Positions 17,671 through 25,407 of a DNA stretch of 64,000 bases are shown here, one piece after another (within the stretch, counting starts at the first letter, position 1; each line of letters begins with the position of its first letter). The DNA is taken from IMG/VR virus record IMGVR_UViG_3300033153_007854, one strand, 5' to 3'. The notes beneath the pieces were generated by a model. It worked only from the letters and a program-made list of their open reading frames with translations. It had not been told where the DNA came from and did not search any database. The translations under genes were made by a program, and so were the position numbers. This stretch comes from an uncultured virus (IMG/VR IMGVR_UViG_3300033153_007854) (Duplodnaviria > Heunggongvirae > Uroviricota > Caudoviricetes).

Positions 17671-17743
17671 TGGACCTGACCGGACTCGAACCGATAGTCT
17701 TCTGCTTGCAAAACAGGTGCATTTCCAATTATGCTACAGGCCC
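17671..17743 (-). tRNA. tRNA-Ala(TGC)
   Basis: TT TGC AA loop; G3:U70. Confidence 0.92.
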
Positions 17744-17773
17744 TCGTGGGGCATTACGCCCCTGGTTTGTCGG

Positions 17774-18427
17774 CTACTGGTATCGGGACATCCTCATCAT
17801 CTCCCAAAGACCGTTCTCGTCCGTGTACCCGACGCTTCTTACGTCCGTTACCCGTTCCTGTAGTCATATGGGCAGGTCTTTGATGTATCTGTCCTTGGTC
17901 ATGCCGGGACCGCCGACAAGCAATCCCTGACCGTCCTTGAGGCAGGCTCGGGTCTGTTCCCCCACATGGCGGAGCCATTGGAGCAACGCTCTTTCCCTAT
18001 CCCTCTCGAACCTCCGCTGTGACTGTCCCCCGGCCTTGTGCTTCCGGGGAACCATGGAGGTTTCATGCCACAGGACTTGGATGTTCTCGCCGTCCGTCTG
18101 TCCTATGGTCGCTTTGTTCGCATCCACGACCACGAGCAACGTGGCCGGGACTTCGACAGGCCGTACCACTATGAACTGATTTCCGCAGTGGTAGATTCTC
18201 CTTTTTCCCTCGTAGGGCTCGACGGTTGCCTGCGACCCGTCTGCGAACACGGCGAGGCCCTGGTCCAATAGCTCGATGTCGCCGAGGATGTGCAGGATTC
18301 TCCTGAGTCCCGCCTCGACGCTCTTTCGAGTATGCTTAGACTTGATGTTCCGTGCCTCTGCCAGTTCTCTCTGGACGAATTGCTATGGCCGTCTACTGCC
18401 TTGGGGGAGGTATAGGCTTATTTTCAT
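17774..18427 (-). CDS. prf1: Class I peptide chain release factor aRF1/eRF1 homologue (N+M domains) with two in-frame stops
   Basis: ISLYLP, NIKS, YHCGNQF (YxCxxxF), KHKAGGQSQRRFER, VGGPGMTK, GYTDENGLWE all in one frame; TAG at 18383-18385 (codon 15) and TGA at 17864-17866 (codon 188). Confidence 0.9.
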
Positions 18428-18515
18428 TGTTCTCACCTCGATGGAAATTGATTATAGGACGAAATGATGGTTGTTCGTAATTATATGCGCATAAAAATCT
18501 TTATATATTATAGGG

Positions 18516-18579
18516 TGTGGCCACAAATGTATATATAATGGGTCGGTTGTGTGGCCACAATTCTATATTTGTGGCCACA
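18516..18579. promoter_or_regulatory. Three TGTGGCCACA palindromes upstream of aRF1
   Basis: Perfect 10-bp palindromes at 18516, 18550 and 18570. Confidence 0.6.
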
Positions 18580-18583
18580 AATT

Positions 18584-18943
18584 CTACTCCTCTATCTTGC
18601 AACTTCCCTTCTCGTTGTCCCACTTGCCGCCGTCACGCAAGCACTCGGCTTTCTTCCAATGCTTGATGCCGATACCCATAGAGATAATGATGAGTGGAAA
18701 GGAGACACCCATGAATAGGAATTCCATCGGCCATGAAACTGTCGGAGTGAGGAGAGTTCCTGGGGCTATGATGGATTGGATTATCAGTAAGACGACAAGC
18801 ACGGTTAATGCGAATATGAAGAAGTGGATTGTATGTTTGTGGTAGAGGTATCTTCCAAACAGATACGAAATTATTGGTAGGATTATCCAATATGCTAAGA
18901 CCAACTCGATTATAGCAACAGTTAGGCTCATGTGGTTAGACAT
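18584..18943 (-). CDS. Three-TM protein with C-terminal Cys tag
   Basis: Ends CLRDGGKWDNEKGSCKIEE; paralogue of the next gene; class B promoter. Confidence 0.8.
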   Translation of the reverse strand: MSNHMSLTVAIIELVLAYWIILPIISYLFGRYLYHKHTIHFFIFALTVLVVLLIIQSIIAPGTLLTPTVSWPMEFLFMGVSFPLIIISMGIGIKHWKKAECLRDGGKWDNEKGSCKIEE

Positions 18944-19033
18944 TAGGATGGGGGTATAAATATATTTGTAACCAAGAGATGGGGGTGGCCGTCTACTGCC
19001 TTGATTGGAATATATGCTTATGATGGTGGGAGG

Positions 19034-19381
19034 CTACTCCTCTATCTTGCAACTTCCCTTCTCGTTGTCCCACTTGCCCCCGTCACGGAGGCACTTGGCT
19101 TTATCTGCGTGTTTCACGCCGATTACGATGAAAGCGAAATAGAGTATGGCCCCAACACCAAATATTAGGAGTTCTATCGGCCATGGAATTGTTGAGATGA
19201 AGGGGGCTTCGGGGTCCAAGACGGATTTGACTATCACTAATATGACGATGAAAACTACTGTGAATATGAGGAAATGGATGGTGTAATCATGAAACAGGTA
19301 TCTGCCATACAAATATGCGGCGATTGACCCGAGTATCCAGACGGCAAAGACCAACGTTATTATATCTGTAACTTGGCTCAT
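19034..19381 (-). CDS. Three-TM protein with C-terminal Cys tag
   Basis: Identical C-terminal tail to 18584..18943. Confidence 0.8.
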   Translation of the reverse strand: MSQVTDIITLVFAVWILGSIAAYLYGRYLFHDYTIHFLIFTVVFIVILVIVKSVLDPEAPFISTIPWPIELLIFGVGAILYFAFIVIGVKHADKAKCLRDGGKWDNEKGSCKIEE

Positions 19382-19430
19382 CTGATTCGATATTGTGATT
19401 GGGATATAAATATGTTTGGAGTCAAAGATA

Positions 19431-19504
19431 TGGGCCTGCCCGGATTTGAACCGAAATCTCCGACTCCCAAAGACGGAAGGATAGCCAAGTTACCCCACAG
19501 GCCC
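19431..19504 (-). tRNA. tRNA-Pro(TGG)
   Basis: TT TGG GA loop; GGGCCTG/CAGGCCC. Confidence 0.9.
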
Positions 19505-19576
19505 ATAGAATTACTGTTTGTTGTAATTTCAGCAATTGGAATTACTGTTTTGAGAGATTAATAGTAATGTGTAGGA

Positions 19577-20101
19577 TTATTCGGCCCAATCCATGGAATG
19601 GGCCTTGTCTTCTTCTTTTTCTTCCTCGATAATCTGGAACATTTCATCGGCGTCTATAGTCGGGATGCCTTCCTTTAGCCAGTCCTTATCCTCAACCTCG
19701 ACAATCCGGTATTGACTGAACAGATAACAATACCCTTCATTTATTTCGAAGTCGTGGACGAAATGAACATAGTGAGGCATATCATCCTGATAGTAGTGTG
19801 GAGCCTTGAACATGAGAAGTGATATTTCAGCCCCTTCGTATTGTCCGGTTTCAATTACCCCCTGAATTATCGAATCTGCTTGCTGGAGGTGTTCTATCTC
19901 GCCAAGATTGATTAGACCATCTTTTCTGAACATCTTTATGAACTTGGGCGAGTCCATGAAATATTCCAGATACGTCCCATCTGGGAAGTTATCTTGAATG
20001 ATTCCGACACCAAAAGCGATTTCTTCTTTGATTCGCTGGTCTGGATGGTGAGACAATTTATCGAAATTGAACGTTTTCAATATTTCTGCTTCGTCAACCA
20101 T
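19577..20101 (-). CDS. Hypothetical acidic protein
   Basis: Class A promoter at 20128. Confidence 0.7.
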   Translation of the reverse strand: MVDEAEILKTFNFDKLSHHPDQRIKEEIAFGVGIIQDNFPDGTYLEYFMDSPKFIKMFRKDGLINLGEIEHLQQADSIIQGVIETGQYEGAEISLLMFKAPHYYQDDMPHYVHFVHDFEINEGYCYLFSQYRIVEVEDKDWLKEGIPTIDADEMFQIIEEEKEEDKAHSMDWAE

Positions 20102-20159
20102 GATGATACCATAGATAATGAATGACTGGGACTTTATATGCTTTATGGGAAAAAATAGT

Positions 20160-20471
20160 TTAGGCGGCGTTCCCCTCCATGATTCTGTCCAACATCATGA
20201 AGAATAGTGCGATGAGTTCGAGCAACGCCGCCATTGGAAGTTGGTTATCCCGTGCCTCGTATCGGTACATGGTCCTTTCCTGCTTGGTCGGCTTGAAGTC
20301 CATCGGCTTCATCGGCCTGTCGAACCTGTGGACCTCGTTGTGACACGCTCTGCACAGAACCTCGATGTTCTCGGGCTCGTCGCCCCCGCCGTCCCTCGTC
20401 GGGACGATGTGGTGTCTCGTCAGGTTCGTGTGCGGTGTCTTGCAGTTCGGGTTGGAACATCCCTTCTTCAT
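20160..20471 (-). CDS. HNH endonuclease
   Basis: LTRHHIVPTRDGGGDEPENIEVLCRACHNEVH. Confidence 0.85.
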   Translation of the reverse strand: MKKGCSNPNCKTPHTNLTRHHIVPTRDGGGDEPENIEVLCRACHNEVHRFDRPMKPMDFKPTKQERTMYRYEARDNQLPMAALLELIALFFMMLDRIMEGNAA

Positions 20472-20635
20472 CTTCGCCTTGATTTTTGGATGCTCCCTCC
20501 ATGCTCCCTTGGCTTGGCATCTTTCCCAGTAGTCTTCTGCTCCCGTTGTATCACCTCTGGAGATTGATTATGTATGAATACCTTTATTTATTAGATTGTT
20601 GATAGGAGTCTTATGGAATTTCTAATGTCCCCTCG

Positions 20636-21025
20636 ATGCCCGAAAGGTTAGCAAGGCGAGCTTGCGACCTTTGGGTGAGAATATTGAAGGACAAATCGTA
20701 TTATCGTAAACAGTGGGCCAAACGGCAACATAATTCTCGAAAGTATATTGCTCGTAGACTTCGTGTGAGGCAGCAGTGGGGTTTGTATGATTGGACCCTG
20801 GCTTACCCCGCTCTTTATGAGAGTGGTAGCCATCACCTGATAGAGAGGGATAATGGCTGGTGGAGGACGAGGCCAACACCTCATCGGTGGGATAAGAACA
20901 ACATGGCTCAGTGTTCGTGTCTTGCGTGTTCTAGTGAGAAGTTCAAATGTAAGGGCCTTAGCAAGCGGCGAAGACTTGAACTCCTCGGACAAATAAGAAT
21001 AATTTATAATGTGGTGTATGATTAA
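20636..21025 (+). CDS. Arg-rich protein with CSCxxC motif
   Basis: TPHRWDKNNMAQCSCLACS; start uncertain. Confidence 0.6.
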   Translation: MPERLARRACDLWVRILKDKSYYRKQWAKRQHNSRKYIARRLRVRQQWGLYDWTLAYPALYESGSHHLIERDNGWWRTRPTPHRWDKNNMAQCSCLACSSEKFKCKGLSKRRRLELLGQIRIIYNVVYD

Positions 21026-21354
21026 ATACTGACTGGTTGAAAATCGAGCATTGAAACTCTTACATCACGACCTAGAGCCTCTGTAAGAATAATATTCAAA
21101 TCAATCGAGTCGAATGTGACTTTGCGGCCCCTGACCTCTCTTGCGGGTACAACGCATAGATGGGTAGCTTTTCCCGCCGTTTCCCCAATATCTGGAGTCT
21201 TATTGAGACTTGGCTTGAAACATTTCGTGCCTGGGGCTATTTCCGAAAGACTATTCTCTATCTTAGAGATGGACTCTTTAGTGTCCTCGTCATTCATAAT
21301 TATGGGATACCTAATTTCGAACAGACTCTCGCCCGGATTAAGTGCTTTATCCAT
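21022..21354 (-). CDS. Hypothetical protein
   Basis: Class B promoter at 21378-21396. Confidence 0.65.
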   Translation of the reverse strand: MDKALNPGESLFEIRYPIIMNDEDTKESISKIENSLSEIAPGTKCFKPSLNKTPDIGETAGKATHLCVVPAREVRGRKVTFDSIDLNIILTEALGRDVRVSMLDFQPVSI

Positions 21355-21405
21355 CCAATTAGTGATTTCATAGGAATTATAAATACGTTTGTATTCAAAA
21401 TTAAA

Positions 21406-21606
21406 TGGCGTGGGGAAGGAGATTTGAACTCCCGTGGCAAATTAATGCCCACCCGATTTCCAGATGGTTCTGACCAAACTCGATTCCCGTGAAACGGGAG
21501 CCGAATAGCGTTCCCGTGAACAGGAAACCTTTCCGTTCCCGTGATACGGGGGGTCCAGTCCCGAAATTCAAGTCGGGGGCGATTGACCAGGCTCCGCCAT
21601 CCCCAC
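21406..21606 (-). tRNA. tRNA-Ser(TGA) with ~109-nt intron (21458-21566)
   Basis: CCCGA CT TGA A|...|A TCGGG, long variable arm, G73, CCA encoded. Confidence 0.82.
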
Positions 21607-21616
21607 ATTTAAAATA

Positions 21617-22003
21617 TTAAAGGTTGATTTTCCGGCAGACTTCTGATGTTCTTCCATCAGTGGTGACTGTCTCACATTTCTGAATGGAGAACTTCTCAAC
21701 CTTTGCCGTCACAGTCAACGAAATGATGCTCAGGATGACCAGGATTAAATCCAATCCCTGAACCACGGCCCAACCATGCTTGAGGCCAACCACGATGATA
21801 TAGCAAATTGTGAGGACTATGAATACTGCCAGGACCAGCGTGATAATCAGGCCGATATACGCTGAGGCAAAGCTTCCGGTGTAATAGCCAATGACCATAG
21901 TGAGTATGAGCGTTATAGTGATTCCGAGCAGAAGTAGCCCTAAGAACCAAGTGATGTCCAGCGCACCGATGTTCGGGTAGTCGAATATCCAGAGAGGCTC
22001 CAT
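21617..22003 (-). CDS. Three-TM protein with C-terminal C-x12-C tail
   Basis: Class B promoter at 22032-22050. Confidence 0.75.
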   Translation of the reverse strand: MEPLWIFDYPNIGALDITWFLGLLLLGITITLILTMVIGYYTGSFASAYIGLIITLVLAVFIVLTICYIIVVGLKHGWAVVQGLDLILVILSIISLTVTAKVEKFSIQKCETVTTDGRTSEVCRKINL

Positions 22004-22078
22004 GGTATCAGTAGGTCTATCCTGTCGGCCCTATATATAGGTTTGTAACCAGTTTAGCAAGGACACTTGCCGTATCCG

Positions 22079-22357
22079 TTATAATCGGATGTGGTCATCC
22101 CAATACTTCTTGTGTCTGATTGTGTTCTTTATATCTTCCAGACTCGGGACAACAGCAGTAACGAATACGTCATTATCTTTTTTGAGAATATCGAAACACG
22201 AATCGTTTTGGGATATGAGCGAATTAATATCGCCGATAACTTCGTTGGCTAATTTCTCATCGCTACATGATATTTTGAACCACTCCCCTTCTGGTCCACC
22301 AAAATAAGCATGACCGATGCCCTTGCTCGTTATCCTACAGCTTCCATTTTCCGGCAT
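22079..22357 (-). CDS. Hypothetical protein
   Basis: Class B promoter at 22386-22404. Confidence 0.7.
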   Translation of the reverse strand: MPENGSCRITSKGIGHAYFGGPEGEWFKISCSDEKLANEVIGDINSLISQNDSCFDILKKDNDVFVTAVVPSLEDIKNTIRHKKYWDDHIRL

Positions 22358-22435
22358 TGTATCGAATTTGATGATGTTGTGGCAATATATATATGTTTGT
22401 AATCAGGAGTGCGCCGTCAGGGACTTAGAATCTTG

Positions 22436-22729
22436 TTACTTTGAACGCATCCTTTCACAGTCCGCATCACCCCAACATGGGGGTCGATGAGGCCAACCAC
22501 TTGAATCTTTGGCCGCCTTTCTGACTTTCTTTTTGATTTTACGGCGGTCAGTTCCAAACATAGATTTGGTAATCACAAGTGTATTGCTCTTTTCGACCTG
22601 CCAGGCTGAGTCCGATAGGTCACCTTTCAATAATTTTTCTAAATGACGAGCCTCGTCTTCGGTAGAACAGGCTGTGATTATCTTGTGGTCCCCTTCTTTG
22701 GTGATGTCCTCAAGGATTTTACAGGTCAT
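22436..22729 (-). CDS. Hypothetical protein
   Basis: Class B-like promoter; flanked by a 13-bp tRNA-Gly 3' duplication. Confidence 0.7.
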   Translation of the reverse strand: MTCKILEDITKEGDHKIITACSTEDEARHLEKLLKGDLSDSAWQVEKSNTLVITKSMFGTDRRKIKKKVRKAAKDSSGWPHRPPCWGDADCERMRSK

Positions 22730-22779
22730 GTTATCAATAATATCGAATTGCTTGTACCTTTATATAAGTTTGTTTTCAG

Positions 22780-22851
22780 TGCGCCGTCAGCGAGTCGAAC
22801 GCTGTCCTACTGGTTGGAAGCCAGTTATGCTACCAGTTACACCTACGGCGC
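22780..22851 (-). tRNA. tRNA-Gly(TCC)
   Basis: ACTGG CT TCC AA CCAGT. Confidence 0.92.
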
Positions 22852-22852
22852 A

Positions 22853-22931
22853 TGGTGAGCCCGTTCAGATTCGAACTGAAGAATAGATGGTTTGCGGCCA
22901 AATGCATTAGACCTGGCTCTGCCACGGGCTC
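22853..22931 (-). tRNA. tRNA-Cys(GCA), atypical
   Basis: CC GCA AA loop; only 3 pairs in the anticodon stem; A73. Confidence 0.7.
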
Positions 22932-22946
22932 TTGAGATACTGACGA

Positions 22947-23234
22947 TTATCCATTATGTTCTGATAGCCATTTGGAGTATGCATTCGAGAAGACCCGATG
23001 ATAGTAGAATGGATATAAGGAAATCCCGAGTAGTATGAACCCACCAATTAAGCAAGCCCATGCCATCTCTATTGAATTGGTCCTATATGCAATAATCGCA
23101 CCGATGAATACAGCCATGGATGATATGAGAGCCATCATAGTGAATATGAAATATTCATTTCTATTGCTTCGTACTTCTGAATATGAGTAGCATTTACCCA
23201 AGATGTCTATAGATTTAGAATCACAGCCGTCCAT
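22947..23234 (-). CDS. Two-TM membrane protein
   Basis: Hydrophobic helices. Confidence 0.65.
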   Translation of the reverse strand: MDGCDSKSIDILGKCYSYSEVRSNRNEYFIFTMMALISSMAVFIGAIIAYRTNSIEMAWACLIGGFILLGISLYPFYYHRVFSNAYSKWLSEHNG

Positions 23235-23280
23235 GATTCTTTGTATATATTTGGGGCTATTTAATGTTTATGTTTTGCTC

Positions 23281-24054
23281 TTATTGGATAGTTATGTTCA
23301 CGGAATATGTGAAGTCCGTTTCTGGAGGAGGTAACCGCATTTCTCCTATGAACGAGCCGCCGTCCAGAGATACGACAACGTTTGATTTCGCATCGTGGTC
23401 ACCTATGACATTAATCTGGTATTCTGTCTCCTTGAGTTTGGAGTATAGGTCATGACGGCCAGATAATCCAATGGTTTTGAAACCCGCTACTTTATAGGCG
23501 GATTTGAATATCTTGATGTCACAATCGCAGGTGCAATAATTCTGTGAGGTTGTTATCAGGATTACGACGTTGGCACTCGACGCTTTCTCTTTGATAATCG
23601 GTATGTACTTTTTGGTGAAATGCGATGTGGCATCGAGACATAAGACCTGTACTGGTTTATCGTCCATGCTCTCAATAAGAGCGGTGGGGTTATCTGACAT
23701 CGGAGTATTCACGAACTCCGTCGTGACTTTACCATAGAAGGGACTTTCTTCATCATCCCAATACTTGTTCCCATAGCCCCTTACTATCATGTCCACGAGC
23801 GTTTTCATAGTGGTCGTATTTCCACTTCCGGCTTTTCCAAAGATGTGGATACGAACTATTCTGAGCTTCCCCTCGGTGATGTCGGGCGTGATGGCTTCTT
23901 GTAATAGATAATGTGGGCTGTGTTTTGGCTTATTCTTCGGATACACCAATACAAGGCATTCGTGGCCTTCATATTTCTTGAGGCCGTAGACGGCTCCGTT
24001 TTGATTTATGACTCCTCTGCTCGTGTCCAGAACGTCATGCTCCGTTATGTCCAT
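23281..24054 (-). CDS. DUF2080-like N-domain fused to a degenerate P-loop domain
   Basis: GAVYGLKKYEGHECLVLV; IHIFGKAGSGNTT (Walker A Lys replaced by Asn). Confidence 0.55.
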   Translation of the reverse strand: MDITEHDVLDTSRGVINQNGAVYGLKKYEGHECLVLVYPKNKPKHSPHYLLQEAITPDITEGKLRIVRIHIFGKAGSGNTTTMKTLVDMIVRGYGNKYWDDEESPFYGKVTTEFVNTPMSDNPTALIESMDDKPVQVLCLDATSHFTKKYIPIIKEKASSANVVILITTSQNYCTCDCDIKIFKSAYKVAGFKTIGLSGRHDLYSKLKETEYQINVIGDHDAKSNVVVSLDGGSFIGEMRLPPPETDFTYSVNITIQ

Positions 24055-24113
24055 CTACCATCACCTTATCCCGATAAGGCGGTGTGTTATACTTAATGGT
24101 TTCTAAGGATTGA

Positions 24114-24554
24114 TTATGTCTTGCTCGTGCGGGCTATCTGCAAGCCGTTCTTCGTCATATGTGTCTTGCACTCATTCGACCCTTCGTTGAGTCCCCACGG
24201 ACAATCGGCGCAATAGTACATCTCCTTTTTCTTGAGAGAGAGACAGCCCGGTTCATCCTCGTGCGGAAACCAAGCGGTTTTGCCGTTCTCCATCTTGAAC
24301 AGTGTGCCGGGAACTCCCGAGTCTGTCGCACCATAGGGGCAATCCTCTATCTCCTTGACGGGGCATCCGAATTGCTCTATGACGGCTTTGGCGATGGCCG
24401 CTTTGTTCTCCGAGGTCATCGGGACGAATGCCTTCTTAGGGAAGATTAGAACCATGCATTCGTGTCCGGCGTACTTCTTGAAGCCGCTGATGGTCCCGTT
24501 GTATCCTACTTCCTTCCGTCCGGTGTCTAATACATTATCTTGTTCTACTTTCAT
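24114..24554 (-). CDS. DUF2080-like N-domain protein
   Basis: GTISGFKKYAGHECMVLI, paralogous to the previous gene. Confidence 0.6.
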   Translation of the reverse strand: MKVEQDNVLDTGRKEVGYNGTISGFKKYAGHECMVLIFPKKAFVPMTSENKAAIAKAVIEQFGCPVKEIEDCPYGATDSGVPGTLFKMENGKTAWFPHEDEPGCLSLKKKEMYYCADCPWGLNEGSNECKTHMTKNGLQIARTSKT

Positions 24555-24608
24555 CTTATCACATCTTATATCTTGTATATCTCATGTGATATTTAAGGCT
24601 TTTGAAAG

Positions 24609-24680
24609 TGCGGAATCAGGGACTCGAACCCCGTTCTCATCGCAGGCAACGATGTATCTTACCCGGTAGACCAATTCCGC
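24609..24680 (-). tRNA. tRNA-Gly(GCC)
   Basis: CATCG TT GCC TG CGATG. Confidence 0.9.
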
Positions 24681-24682
24681 AT

Positions 24683-24709
24683 ATGTCCGTCAATGTCCGT
24701 CAATGTCCG
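24683..24709. repeat. 10-bp tandem repeat ATGTCCGTCA x2.7
   Basis: Directly 5' of tRNA-Gly(GCC). Confidence 0.8.
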
Positions 24710-24789
24710 ACGCTACCCCATAACGTTCTCATCCCCTCTCCTCATGAGACTCGTATCATAAGTGGGCCGTGTGAAACCCGTATACCTTC

Positions 24790-24932
24790 GGAAAGTCTTG
24801 GGAAAGTCTTGGGAAAGTCTTGGGAAAGTCTTGGGAAAGTCTTGGGGAATACTGTACTGGCTGGACTGTTAATCCTATGTTAATCCTATGTTAATCCTAT
24901 GTTAATCCTATGTTAATCTTATGTTAATCCTA
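24790..24932. repeat. Two 11-bp tandem arrays
   Basis: GGAAAGTCTTG x5 (24790-24844); TGTTAATCCTA x6 (24867-24932, one mismatch). Confidence 0.95.
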
Positions 24933-25051
24933 TGTCAACCACCCATCGGTTGACTAAGAACGTCACGATTTGGGAAGAGGCGACATCTAGGCGACTGGTA
25001 TTTTCTTCTGTCTATAGTTTCATGCCTGGTGCCCGATATTATAGATTGAAG

Positions 25052-25126
25052 TGGGCCAGGTAGGATTTGAACCTACGCAAAACTCCTTGTAAGGGAGCCA
25101 ACAACACCGGACTTGATTACTGGCCC
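25052..25126 (-). tRNA. tRNA-Val(TAC)
   Basis: GCTCC CT TAC AA GGAGT. Confidence 0.88.
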
Positions 25127-25127
25127 A

Positions 25128-25202
25128 TGGTGGGTACGAAGGGAGTCGAACCCCTGTCTGCGGCTTAGAAGGCCGCTATGCTATCCACTACACTACATAC
25201 CC
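25128..25202 (-). tRNA. tRNA-Arg(TCT), CCA encoded
   Basis: GCGGC CT TCT AA GCCGC. Confidence 0.92.
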
Positions 25203-25248
25203 GTGATGTATTCAGATGTGTTACAAACGAATACGATTGAAGATGAGG

Positions 25249-25400
25249 TGGGCCAGGTTGGATTTGAACCAACATCCACCCGTCGGTTAAGCTTCTCAGG
25301 CCAAATCCGCAAAAGCAGAACAGAGAAGCACCAGCCCCGAATCCATCGGGAAATGGGAATTGAACCCATGGCCGAAGCCTTCCAGATTAGCCACTGGCCC
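25249..25400 (-). ncRNA. Expanded tRNA-like RNA with two T-arms
   Basis: GGGCCAG/CTGGCCC-A acceptor; T-arms ATGGG TTCAATT CCCAT and GTTGG TTCAAAT CCAAC. Confidence 0.6.
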
Positions 25401-25407
25401 ATCTACC

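Noticed and set aside
24602..24883. ORFs overlapping tRNAs and repeats (also 8040..8561, 10978..11289, 25113..25427, 21300..21608)
   Set aside because: Translations of tRNA or repeat sequence (GFEP/GSNP peptides).
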